NCBI RefSeq assembly: GCF_009834535.1
Contig: NC_045696.1
Coordinates: 72,170,001 to 72,234,000 of the forward strand
Origin: Camelus ferus
Taxonomy: Eukaryota
Length of the DNA stretch: 64,000 nucleotides
Direction of reading: 5' to 3'
The notes below the pieces were generated by a model. That model had not been told where the DNA came from, did not search any database, and saw only the letters and a program-made list of their open reading frames with translations. A program made the translations under genes and the position numbers. Below, piece after piece: positions 1 to 12,865 of the stretch (position 1 is its first letter; every line of letters starts with the position of its first letter).

Positions 1-870
1 CACTAGAAGCTAGGGGGAAAAAAACAAAAATGGAGAAATGTTTTTGAATTTTTGAGGAAAAATAATTTCCAGCCTTGAACGTGTTACCCAGCTGAATTAT
101 TAATCAAGTGTAAAAAGGGAATCAAGATATTTTCAGACTTTCAAAGCTCAAAATATTTTTCTTACGCACCCCCTTTCAGAAGTTATTAGAAGAAATAAGA
201 GAGTAAGTCACAGGTGGGAAGACATAGAATCTAGAAGACAAGAAATCCAAAACAGGCGGTAGACAAAGGAACTGCCAAGGTGATGATAAAGGAAGTCTAG
301 GGTGACAGGCTGAGAAGCTGGCCCAGAAAGAAGTCTGAATTGAAGCAGGAAGATAAAAGGCTTCAAAAGAGAGTGAGGGAGAGAGCAATAAAGATTAAAG
401 AAGTCCTAGATTACCTGATGTGTATGAATACGTAGAGATGTTTCATTTATTTGTCAGAGATTTGTTTTTGGTATATGGAAATTAAAAAATGAAAATACAG
501 AGCAATTAACTCTAGCAAAAACATCTAAGAAAGAAAATGTAATTATAGTATTATAGGGCACACATAAATAACTAGGAGTTAGTGAACGACTCTAAAAGTC
601 ATAATAATGTCAATAAGTGAATATTTATTAAATCTCAAATTGTGATTTAACAATATTGGGACCATGGGGCAGTAAAGTGGGTATGTGTCTGTTTGCATAG
701 GGTTGTGAAAGGAGTAGTATAAGAGCCATATCTTTATATTCCATGGTAAATAATGTCTCAAATTGAAAAACAACAAAGAATACTATATACAAACACAGTG
801 CTAAATAGTGAAAGAAATGGCTTAATATTTAAAACTGTGAAATAAGAAATTAGGTATGGAGCAAAGTAGT
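1..870 (+). mobile_element. Highly decayed L1ME/HAL1-like remnant
   Basis: A-rich purine strand with ORF1 C-terminal-like remnant (TACCCAGCTGAATTATTAATCAAGTG); boundaries approximate. Confidence 0.4.
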
Positions 871-972
871 GATTTTTTTGGTATAAGCCTCATAATATTT
901 TTGTTTCATTTATCTTTGTACACGTATAATTTTGATAAAAATAACAAATTAGAAAAACAAAACGATCATTAC

Positions 973-1170
973 CTGTCCAAGTTCTTCATTTAGATCAGAA
1001 GTATTGACTTGAGCTTTCTGATCTGATTCTTCATGATAGAGATCAAGATCCCAGCCAATAAAAAATGACCCAAGAAACTTCTGCATTTCGACTGTCACAT
1101 ATAACGAAATTGGAATGATGAAATTGTAGAGTACCAAAAAAGCAAGGAAGTCTGAAATAAATTTCAGAAT
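973..1170 (-). CDS. ATP11B: ATP11B exon 12 (TM4 with PISL motif through [10 protein letters not shown])
   Basis: 198 nt, TAG/GTAAT boundaries; [13 protein letters not shown] and NEELGQ are P4-ATPase hallmarks; the DKTGT phosphorylation exon would lie left of the window. Confidence 0.98.
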
Positions 1171-2290
1171 CTAGGAGGGAAAATGATTGTTTGGTAAGAG
1201 AAAATACATGAGAATTTCTTAATTATCAGATATTTAAGAAAACTGTAAGACAGTTTCATATCAAAACAGACCATCAACTACATTCTGAAGCAGAATAGTC
1301 TCATGAATTGAAATTCATTTATTGAATTGTCTTTTTAACACATTTCCTTTGGCTATTTTATTGCTCATTAGAATCCTGAACACAGTAAAAGACGAAAAGG
1401 TTAAATTCAAATTACTTTATTTGTTACTTTTTATAGAAGCTACCAAAAACGTTTTGCGACTAAAAACTACCTGTGGCAAAACTATAATAAAAACCTCTGG
1501 GGTATATTTACTATTCTACTTCTAGTCTTCAAAATCAGATAATTACAAATTGACTGTAATTTAAAAAATTTAAAATAATAGCTAGGCTAGAACTATTAGA
1601 AACTGAAATTCTTAATTATTGACCATACAGGAATAGCCTACTTCAATGGCAGAGCAACTCCACATGTGTTCTGGGAAAGGTAAAATATTTAATTGTGATT
1701 GATACTGAAAAAACGTTCCTGTCATTATCTGCTCTGTGGTCTCCTGAGATCCAAACTTGTCTTCCAATATTTGTATTCTGATCTCAAGTGAAATTTGGAG
1801 AACAATTATTTACTAAAATTGCAGGTTAACTTCTCCTGGTAGTCCACACTCAACCAGTTTAAACTTTTATGACATAATTTGATTTGTTACTTCATACATG
1901 AATACACTGATAGTAAGACTCCTAGATTTATTCTGATAAAACTGAAAATAAATCAACTTACTCTTTAACTCAATAACATACATAAATGGAGTAAAAAATT
2001 CAACTTGTAGTACTGATGTGGAATGCTAATATAGACGATTTAAATTTTGTTATCTCTTTTAACTACTCAAGTCATGCCAAAAAGATAATTGCTTATGGCC
2101 TACAATGCAAAAAGCAAACCAGCACAAACATGTTGGTTACTCTTCACTTGCAATGTCCTTTTGCACCCTTCAAAAGTAATGGTTTTACAGGATGACAGTG
2201 GTCACACATATCAGAAGTCATCACCAAAGCATTAACGGTGCCAAAGAATAAAGTTTCCTATACAACAGAGTCAAGAACACCATAAAATAC

Positions 2291-2441
2291 CTTACTACTA
2301 TTTCTTTGATGTTCTGTTTTTTGGTTATACCAAGGTTCATCCCACTTTTCTTCAGCTTGCCATGTATATTTCAAGATAGTACTGATGATGGCTTCAGAAA
2401 TAAGGATTATTAAATAAACTATCAAAAATGTATTCATTGAC
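2291..2441 (-). CDS. ATP11B: ATP11B exon 11 (SMNTFLIVYLIILISEAIISTILKYTWQAEEKWDEPWYNQKTEHQRNSSK; TM3)
   Basis: 151 nt, CAG/GTATT boundaries; lies inside ORF-track entry 2258..2476. Confidence 0.97.
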
Positions 2442-2842
2442 CTGAAATGAGAAAAAGAGACTATAAAATGTATCAATTATGTATTACTATGCTCATCTAC
2501 TTGGAAATTAATACTGGTGTTAAATAAGAAACTAAATATATAAGGTATTGTAGCAGCTATTTAAAGGACACAGTCTTTGTTTTTAAGAAATGATCATTTA
2601 ATAGAATCTATTTACTAGAAATAAAAGAACAGGTATGTAAGATTACAAGCACATTTACTATAGGTAAGCTACTGTTCAAATGCTTAGACAAGTTGGTTGA
2701 TATGAGAGAAGTTTTATAAAGTCTTAATGCTGTACAAATGTTAGTTATGTTTGCAATTAAAATTAGTTCCTAAAAATGTAGAAAATCTTAGAATAATTAC
2801 TTACGACAAAAATATCTGGCCAAAACTGTCATTTACTATAAG

Positions 2843-3690
2843 CATTTGAAATCAAAACCACAATAAGATACTACCTCACACCTGCCAGAATAGCTATCTT
2901 CAAAAACAGAACAAATGACAAGTGTTGGTAAGGATGTGGAGAAAAGGAAATCCTAGCACACAATCAGTGACAATGTAAATTAGTACAGCCACCATGGAAA
3001 ATAGTATGGAGGTTCCTCAAAAAAGTTAAACTAGAACTGCCATATGATCCCACAATTTCACTTCTGGGTATTTACTCAAAGAAAACAAAAACACTAGTTA
3101 AAAAAGATATATGTACCCAATGTTGACTGCAGAGTTATTTACAATTGCCAAGGTATGGAAACAACCTTAGTATCCATCAACAGATGACTGGATAAAGAAG
3201 ATGTGATATATATACATACACACACACATATATACACAATGGACTATTACTCACCCTTTAAAAAAATGAAATCTTGCCACCTGTGACAACATGGAGGGAT
3301 CTAAAGGGTATTATGCTAAGTGAAGAAACTCAGAGAAAGACAAATACTGTATGATCTCCCTTACATGTGGAATCAAAAAAACAAAACAACAAAATAAAAA
3401 GAGACTCATAGATACAAAGAAAAAATGGGCAGTTGCTTGCTGGGGTTTGGGGATGGATAAAATTGTGAAGGGGATTAAGAGGTACAAACCTCTGGTTATA
3501 AAATAAATAATCCACAAGTATGTAATATACAGCATAAGGAATATGGTCAATAATATTGCAAAAACTTTGTATGGATCACTAGACTTATTGTGATGATCAC
3601 GTCATAATGTATGCAGATGTCCAATCATTATGTAGTACACCTGAAACTAACACAATGTTGTACATCAGCTTTATTTCAATAACTTAAAAA
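2843..3690 (+). mobile_element. Older L1 3' end (L1MA-like)
   Basis: Clear similarity to 19137-19640 of the full-length L1 (ATCAAAACCACAAT...GGATGTGGAGAAAAGG...), ends CACCTGAAACTAACACAATGTTGTA. Confidence 0.85.
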
Positions 3691-3837
3691 ATTAGTAAGT
3701 AAAAGAGACACCATCCCTAACCTCAAGAATAACAACTTTTGTTGACTTGAAATATTTTTATGCCCATATTTTACACATATATAATATACATATCCATAAT
3801 AGTATTTATGTGTGAATAAATGAAAATAGTTTTCTTA

Positions 3838-3945
<108 letters not shown>

Positions 3946-4544
3946 TTAAAATAATCCTCTACTATGTTCACAAAAGAAATGTACTCAGTAGCATGAAAAC
4001 ATCTAAGAAAATATATTGTCTGACAGCTGTCAGAATTTGGCTCTAAGTTTTTCTGGAGTTTAAAAAAGGCTTTCCAAGATCAATTTTGGGGACCTTCAGT
4101 CACTGAGTCTGCTGGACGAGAAAGGCATGTAGGTTCTGTTCCTGAGTTGTAACTGAGATATCTGAATGAAAGAGATATTATTTGAGTTGAAATTGATGGA
4201 GGAAAAGAATGTGAAAAGATAAAGATGGCAGGGAAGGCCATTATAGATAGTGCAAAGACCAAAATGGAAAAGAGTTTTCTGTTAGGTTCTAACAATGGAT
4301 TGGGGTCAGAGCTTGAAAGGCATTGAATGCCGTATCTGGAATCTAGAAATAATTTTATAAGCACTGGAAAGATAATATGGAAATCGGTCAAAGTAAATGA
4401 AGTAAACACAAGAAAAGTGCTATTTAAAAAATTTGTCTATGTGAATGACTCTGAGATGAGAGAGAATGACAGTAATAATGGAACTAAAACTGGGCAGTGA
4501 ATAAAATTAGGTAAGATCTGTCTTATCAAAAAAAAAAAACAAAC

Positions 4545-4745
4545 TTGGGTTTGAGTTAGAGCTTGGTTTGAATGCTAGCTCTGCCACTTACTAGTTCTGT
4601 GACCTTGAGCAAGTTATTTAATCTCTCTGAGTTTCAATTTCCCTATTTTTAAATGGGGAAAAAAAATACCTCATACAACTGTTGTTGAGAGTTATGTAAC
4701 AAATTAGCAATACACCTAGAAACAGAAAGATGATCAATAAAAGTT
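4545..4745 (+). mobile_element. MIR SINE
   Basis: Core GCTCTGCCACTTACTAGTTCTGTGACCTTGAGCAAGTTATTTAATCTCTCTGAGTTTCAATTTCC. Confidence 0.8.
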
Positions 4746-5104
4746 AATGCCTACCCCTAAATACTAAAATTTGAGAAGCAATATAGGACTCATCATGCTC
4801 TCTTCCTTAAGATCTGTCCTGGAATTTTCACTATCAGAATTATTCTTTAAAGGCAGGGATTACAACTCAAATGACAAAGGACACCAAAATTATAGAAATG
4901 TGAGAAATCAGTCAGAATGATACAAGAGAAAAGTGGTGCTGAGGAAAACAACAAGGAAGCCCATCTAAAGGTATTCGAATACGTATGTTCTTTCAAGAGA
5001 ATGAAAGGTGTTACTGCTAAAGAGATGTGTTAAAATACACAGCACTACATGAGAGGGTCTAAAAGCTATAGAGGCTTTCTCTGACTTCCGCCATCAAAAA
5101 TTAC

Positions 5105-5790
5105 AGTTTTCCTTTTTTAAATTGTGGTAAAATACACATAATATACAGCTTACCATTTTAATCATTTTAAAGTGTACAATTCGGTGGCACTTAGTACATT
5201 CACAGTGTTGTGCAATCATTCTCACTAACTTGAGAATATTTTCATTACCCTTAATGAAAAGTCTGTACCCATTAAGTAATTTTTCCCCCAATCCCCTCCA
5301 CTCCCCAGCCCCTGGGGACCACTAAGCTACTTTATGTCTCAATGAGTTTGCCTATTTGGGATATTTCAAATAAGTGGAATCAAAAAATACGTGGTCCTTT
5401 TGTGTCTGATGTCTTTCGCTTAGTATGTTTTTCAAGTTTTACCCATGTTGCAGCATGCATTAGTACTTCATTTTCTATGGGTAAATAATATTCCATTATA
5501 TGGATATCACATATGTTTATCCGTTCATTAGTTGATAGAACTTGAGCACTTTCTCTCCTTTGACTATTGTGAACAGTGCTGCTATGAACATTCTAATACA
5601 AGCCTTTGTTTGAACATATGTTTTCAATTCTTTAGGTTATATATCTAGAAGTAGAATTGCTGGGTGATATGATAATTCTATGTTTAACTTATTGAGGAAC
5701 TGCCAGACTGTCTTCCATAGCAGCTGCATACTCCCACCAGCAATATATAAGGGTTCCAATTTCTTCACATTTTTGCTGTACTCCTTATTT
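5105..5790 (-). mobile_element. Older L1 3' end (L1MA/MB-like)
   Basis: Reverse-complement L1 3' motifs (TGCTATGAACATT, GAATTGCTGGG, GAGGAACTGCCAGACTG, CCCACCAGCAAT). Confidence 0.8.
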
Positions 5791-6524
5791 CTGTTTTTAA
5801 AAGTATATGGATTTCTTTATCAGAGAGCCTAATACTGAGAGATAAGATACACTACAGTTAACAGGAAATAAGAGAATGAGAAAGAGGACCTCAAAAGCTA
5901 TAACTGTTCAGTGAATAACATAAGCTGGGCAGTATATGAGGGGCCATTCCTGAAAGGGGAGTAGCTAGATGACAGCTAAAGATTATCACTGACTTTACAA
6001 TTTGCCTTGAGTTGAGTCAGAGCCTAGTGAATTAATTTAGATCTCTAACGCAAGAGTACTATTGAGTATTCCAACAGTATATGGTATATAGCTACAGATC
6101 AGTAAGAATTTGTTGAATCAATAAATGGATGAAAAAATGAGTCAGCAGTTTCATTAATCAAATCTAAGAACAATCATGATAAAATTAGACGAGTAATTTA
6201 CTGGATCATGGTGCCAGATTTTATAGTTCTCATCTACCATTAGTGGAAGTCCCAGAATTATCTTCCTAGCACTCAATTTCACCAGGTAGCCACAATGAAA
6301 ATATAAGAGCGAGGTTCCAGTCTGTTACTTAAAAATAGGAATTAACAACAACAAAAAACCCCACAAAATTATATTAACCAACCTGTGAAAGAAAATGATC
6401 ACAGAAACATTTGACTAATAATAACATTCCCTAACCAAAAGACCACAAATGCTGTGCCTGTAAAAATACTTCATATAAAGTATCAACATGAATCTATAAT
6501 TAAAAATGTTTGATATATACCAAC

Positions 6525-6589
6525 CAAAAATTTCTTTTGTGTTTTTTAATCTGGCTCCACGAAGCAAGAGACTCTCTGGCCCCAGAGGC
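6525..6589 (-). CDS. ATP11B: ATP11B exon 9 (PLGPESLLLRGARLKNTKEIF)
   Basis: 65 nt, TAG acceptor, GTTGGT donor; LLLRGxxLKNT P4-ATPase motif. Confidence 0.95.
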
Positions 6590-8691
6590 CTAGGGGAAAA
6601 AAATAACCAAAAGCACTGAATATATTAAAAATTGAATTAAATTCTACAATGGCATCTTTAGCAGAAAGTACTTGAGCTATACTTACAACGATGCTTTTAT
6701 ATATAAAACCAAAATCTCAGCTGCTATAAAGCTGTCTAGGCCAATCATGATGTTAGTTACTGTAATAACAAATACCTGCTTTAGCATTTCAGTCATTTTA
6801 AGATCAATGGCTCAGAAATAAAATTACGCCTGTAAATAAACTCACAAAGCCATCTATTTCAGAAGTTTAAACATGGAACACAACAAAACCAAAAATAAAG
6901 CAATGATTTTAAAATGTTTTACAGAAGATGAAATTTTAAAATTCTGAGCAAAGTTAAGTTTTCAAAGGGAAAATACAAAATTAAAATGTAATGTAAACAT
7001 AAATTGTAGTATGCTTTGTGTATAAATGCATAAGTTCTGCACAATTAAAATTACACTAGATATAAAACAGAAAAAATAGTAAGTGAGTTAGTAGTTTTTC
7101 CAGGCAAGATCAACACTACAACTTGACTACTTGCATACTTCTTGGAGCACGCGTCTTCTTGCTGTTTGAATTTCTCTCCATAAAGGAGATATAAAACGAG
7201 AAGGAATAACTAGAAAGGAAAATTGTATTTTCTTAGTGATAGCAAATGATAAGACTCTATTATGGACATGTAAAAAAAGCCTTAATTTTGTTGATATTCC
7301 TTATCATAAGGCTTTTCTGAATCATACATACAGTTATCAAAAAGAATGTGAACCAATTCTGAAGATGTCTGCAAACCCAAACACTAAAAAATCCAATGAA
7401 CTGAGCAGGGGCCAGGTGTTTGGGACATGGTAAACAAGTATGGTTTTATCAGATCGTCATATTTGGAGCACACTCAATGGATATTCCAAAATCAATTATC
7501 CAGGAGCCATATTAGAGCTTTTTTTTTCATTTGGTATTGGTTTCAACAATGAATAGAAAAACTCTGAGCTCACACTGGGATATGAAATTGGAATATAATG
7601 ATAAAAAGCTTCAAATTTAAAAGATAATTCATCAGCTCAATCAGGTTGCTTCAATAAATAATATGGCTCTTTTTTTCCCCCTAAACCATTCTAGTGGCTA
7701 AGATAACATAATTGATCTTCTCCTTTAAATTCAGACTACGTATCCACACATGCATCCCACTATGACACTACAGAAATCAAAATGTAAACCCATTGTTACT
7801 GTTTTTCAGTCATTGTTATTCAGCAGGGGCCCTACACTTAAAAGACTTTGTTACACAGAGTTTATTGAATGTGCTCCAGTGTTAATGTTTATTAAAAATG
7901 TGAATCTGTGCTGATGCATATTTTTGGTGGCTTGTTTTAAGGATTTCATTTAAAATGTTCTCAGTTCTCTATATTAGTGACTTATTTCATGCAGCCAGTA
8001 TAAACTGAACATGTCTCCAGAAAAGAGGTGGAGTGCTAGTTTGATTAGAAGTTCAAGGGCTGATTCCTACGTAAGTTTATTCTAAATTCAGCTTCGTGGT
8101 CATGAGTAACAATGTAATCGCATCCTATCAGCAAGTGCTGAGATGAACCAAAGCTTTTCATACAGGTGCCAGAAATTAACCTCAATACTGAGGGAACACA
8201 AACCAAAACAACTAAACAAACAAATAACCAATCAGAAGAGTAAATAAGAAGTTCTGGATTGGCCGATAAATACCCTAGTTTGTGCTGAATGATTCTGACA
8301 TGGAGACCATAACATTTTTACTTGTTAAATGTTACATAAAACATTTTTTGTACTCTAAGACTTTAAGTGGTGCTGGGTTTAAATGTGTAAGGATTTAAAC
8401 AGGAACTGCTATGTTTCCTTTATGTTACTAAGTTATATTATTAGGAAACAAATATGTAAGAATACAAATAATCTTACTAAATTATTTTGGTATTATTTCA
8501 TGGGATTTGTTTCATCCTCATCTCATTTGCTGCTGCAAGAATTTACTATAAGATGAAATGCTAAACGTTTTAAAATTAACCCTTTCTCATAATACACTGC
8601 TTACTTATCTAATCTCCCTTTAACTTGATTTTAGCCCTCCAGTAAACAATTCTCACTTAAAAGTAACTAGATAATGCAAATTTATTCTTAC

Positions 8692-8739
8692 CTTACAATT
8701 TCTTCCATTTGTTGAGTTATTATCATTCGTCCCATGAAT
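8692..8739 (-). CDS. ATP11B: ATP11B exon 8 (FMGRMIITQQMEEIV)
   Basis: 48 nt, TAG/GTAAG boundaries, phase 2/2 compatible with neighbours. Confidence 0.95.
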
Positions 8740-11389
8740 CTATCAAAGATGTCAACATGTCAAAAAAAAAAAAAAAAAGATACATTACTTATGATATCAA
8801 TGGGTGGAAAATTTTAGATAGTTTTGGTACTATTCTTATACATGAAACAAATTCAGTCTTTTGCAGAGATAAGTGAGTGGTCCAATATTCATGTTAGAAA
8901 TTATAAAAGTAAATACTTATCAGTCATTAAGCTTTAAAAAATGTAATATTCTTGCCTTCTCTACTCCAGCTATGAATAAGTTAATGAATGAAAAGAAAAT
9001 GTTTTCAAGATAGCAATGCAAATGTTATACATTATGACATATATTATCAGCTTGGTCATGATGAGAATTTATACTTGCTACACAAAGATGCATATACATT
9101 ATTTAGCCAAAAATGAATGCTCATACATTTCATCAGTTTACTAAACAAAGACTCCTGTAACCAGAATCACTGACTCATTCATTTACTTTTTTATGCACTC
9201 ATTTATCCAATAAATATTCACTGAGCAACTACTATGTGTGAATTATGTGGTGAAGTTAGTGTAGTAAGCAAAAAACTATTAGTGACTGCCAGAGCTTTTT
9301 AAACTTTGGTTTCCTGAAATTTAGAGTGAGTGGCCTGTTGTTACAATGAATCTTCATACCCTGACTTTTCAGTTCCAGCTTCCACTACCAAAACAGCTCT
9401 GTAGCAGAGAGTCAACTCAAGTGTAAAATTACTTTCTACTATAGTGAGAAGTAAATTCTAAGTTGAAGCAAATTCTAAGCAGAGCTTCATGTTAATCATT
9501 TAACATGGCAAAGAACTATTCAGCATTCCCTTCCAGATGTCCCCTATTATCCCTCCTGTTTCTAGGGCACCGATGCTTTACCCTTTGTGGACTCCAGCTT
9601 CATTGTTTCTTACTAATCTCTTACCTCTACTTCGTTCAGCTTCCTGTTTCAGGGAGCAGCACTTAAAAAGAAAAAAAATCATCTCCATTTAATGGAATTT
9701 TATGTAGCTCTGGTTTGAGCCTCAACTTTGGATTTAGATTCAAAGAATCAACTCAGCTGATGTCTCCTTGGCACTTTTCAGAGATGATGTGTGGTCAGTT
9801 TTTATTTTCCTAAGCTAAATTCCAAGAGACCTGTTTTCCTTTATTTCATCTATCCTATTATCCTTGATTTTAAGGCATTTCTTGTATCTGTTCATGCCAG
9901 TTCCAGTGCTGGATTAACTCTTGTTGCACTTTCCTTAGTCCTTTCTCCAAACTCACACTTTGATTTGTTTCCAAATGGAAAGAACTGTATTCTCTTTTCT
10001 GATTTATAAAGACTAAATACACATTTTATAAATGATTCTGAAAATATGAAAAGACATCAAAGGGGGAAATAACAACCACCGGTAATTCCATTACTCAAAT
10101 AAAACTGTTAACATTTTAAGGTATGTTTTCTAGGCTTTTTTTTCATATGCATATAGGTAAATATTTATATATCTCATGTATAAAAATGGAATCATACCAT
10201 AAATACGGTTGGTAACACCCCCCCCCAATGTGCTCTGTCAAAAACAACTACATCATTATTTTTAATGGCCACATATAGTATTGTATTTTGGAGTTATTAC
10301 ATGATGTATTTAAGTAATTCGCTACTGATGGAAGTTTAAGTTTTTTCCAATTTATGGATAGTCTAAACAATGCAGCCCTGAACAACCCTCTGTACATATG
10401 TTTTCACATTTTCATTAAGGTAAATTCCTAGAAGTAGAATTTCATTATTTCGTTAGGAAAACCTCCTAGAAGTGGAAGTGATGAGTCAGAGGCTTAAAAA
10501 AAAAAAAAAAGTGCAAAGAATAAAAAGAAAGAACAAAAAGAGCAAAGGAGCATAAAAAAGAGAAAATGGAGAATACTGTGAAAAAGGCACCTGTAGAACC
10601 TGTTTTTATTTCATCTAATGGTTTGACAGAGATAATTTCTTACCATGCTCTAGCCTCTCCTCAAATAGGTATTTAAGTTCTTTAAAAAGATAATGTAACC
10701 CAAGTTAACAAACAGGTAATTGGGAAGGAACTGACAATGTTCAAGGGAGAAAAATTAATAAACACAGAAAAATGTTTAGCCTTTCTAATAAAAAAACAAA
10801 TTAAAACTAGGTTTAAAACTATAAAACTATTATCTACAAAATTAGCAAAAATTTCAAAACTATAATACTTAATAGCAGTAAAATTCTGAAACAATACTTT
10901 GCTCATGGCAATAAAAAATAATTCAATGTTTCCATAAAGTAATGTGTCAGTATGTTTATCAAAGGCCAAACTCAATTAGGGTTTTAATCCACTAACTCCA
11001 TTTTTGCAGCTGTTTGTTCTTAGGGAATAATCGAGTATTGGACTATAAACTCTGAGAGTCAGGAGCTATCGCTGCTTCTTTACTGTTGTATTCCCAGTGT
11101 CAAGCACTATGCCTCAGTTATTGGAGGCACTATCTGATGAATAAATGGGCAATAAAAACGTTCTCACATACTTTGATCAAGTAACACTTTGGAACTCTTT
11201 ATCATTCATCCACTCAATCAACAGTTAATTACTGAGTGTCTGCTATGTGCCTGACACTGTTCTAGGTACTTCAATTCAATAGCTAAGTGAACTATATACA
11301 CACAAATCTTGCTTGCACATATCACAGAGAAATTATTCAATAAAAGGGAAAATTTAAGTGTAAAAAATTAAGTACATAATATATTTATT

Positions 11390-12710
11390 CTTTTCTATTG
11401 TCAACAAACATGTAGTAGTGACTCCAATATGCCAGATCTGTTCAGGTGTTTGAGATACATCAGTGAACAGAACACACATACATCAGTGAACAGAACACAC
11501 AAAGATGCCTGTCCTTGAGTTTACATTTTAGTTGGAGAGGGAAATAATAAGCAATAAATACAAGTAATTTACATAGTATACTAAAAGGTATTATGTGCTA
11601 TAGAAAAAGAAAAGCAGAACAGAGTAAGAATTAGGTCCCAGTATTACACAGTCAAAGTAAGCCTCACTGAGGAGGTGATTTAAGCAAAGAGTAGAAGGTG
11701 GTAAAGAAGCTAGATAAGGAACAGTCAGTGAAAAGGTGGGAGTGGGTATGGCATATTCAAGGGAAAATAAGAAAGCCAATGTAGCTGGAGGGTGAGGCAA
11801 AAGGGAGAAGGGCCAAAAACTAGGTCAGAGAGGAAATACTGGAGATGGGGGAAATCAGTAAGGTCGTATAGATCATTATAAAGATAAGAGCTTTAACTTG
11901 GAGTGAGATAGAAAAGTCACTGCAGCGTTTGAGCAGAGAAATGACATAATCTGGCTTACATTTAAAAAGGATCACTCTGGCTACTTTTGTGAGAACAAAC
12001 TGACTGCAGGGAAAAGAAGGGTAAAAACAGAAAAAACAGTAAGGATGCCTCTGACAGCAATAATCCAAGGAGGAGATGATGCTGGTTTGGACCAAGTCAG
12101 TAGCAGTGAAACTGGTGAAAGATGGTCAGATTTTGGATATATTAAAGAAGGTAAACCAGTAAGACATTCTGACAGATTGAAATGAGATGTGGGTGAGGAG
12201 GTGAGAAGAAGTGAGTAGTGAGGGTATGTGAAGAGTCATTGCTGACTCCAAGGTTTTGACCCTGAACAACTGAGAGGATGGACTGTCATCAACTGAGTTG
12301 GGAAAGGCTGTTAGCATAAAAAGTTCCAGAGAGAAGGTCAGGAGTTCAGCTTTCAATATGATTACGTTTGAGATTTCTACTAAATATCCAAGTGGAATTG
12401 TGGAACAGGAATTTGGATGTAAGAATTCGAAGCTTGGGAAAGAAGTCTGGGATGGAGATATAAATTTGAAATCAACAGCATGTAGATGGTCTTTAAAGTC
12501 AAGAGCTTGGATGAGATCACAAAGGAGTGACCATACATAGTATAGGTAGAGTATAGGTAGAGAAGGGAAGAGGACTGAGAATAGTCCTGGAGCACGCTAA
12601 CATCAAGAAGTCAGAACTAGTGAAATTAGAGGAAAATCAAGAGGGGAGTGTCCCAGAAGGCAAGGGAACAAACTGTATCAAAGAGGAGGGAATAATGAAC
12701 TATCCAACTA
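11390..12710 (-). mobile_element. LINE-2 fragment
   Basis: L2 motifs AAGGATCACTCTGGCT, GACTCCAAGGTTTTGACCTGAACAACTG, CCAAGTGGA..GGAGATATAAATTTG. Confidence 0.8.
11455..11500. repeat. Perfect 23-bp tandem duplication ATACATCAGTGAACAGAACACAC
   Basis: Copies at 11455-11477 and 11478-11500, inside the L2 fragment. Confidence 0.92.
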
Positions 12711-12865
12711 CTGGATTTTGAATTGAAGAACTTAAGTGTAATAAGGTGCCATGCAGTATTTGTTAACAGCAAAATAATGGAAGAATCAGGTATTCAAAGA
12801 CTGCAGAATGGTTAGATTCTAGTACCTTTACTAAGACTATTAGGCAGCCATTAAAAATGATCATG

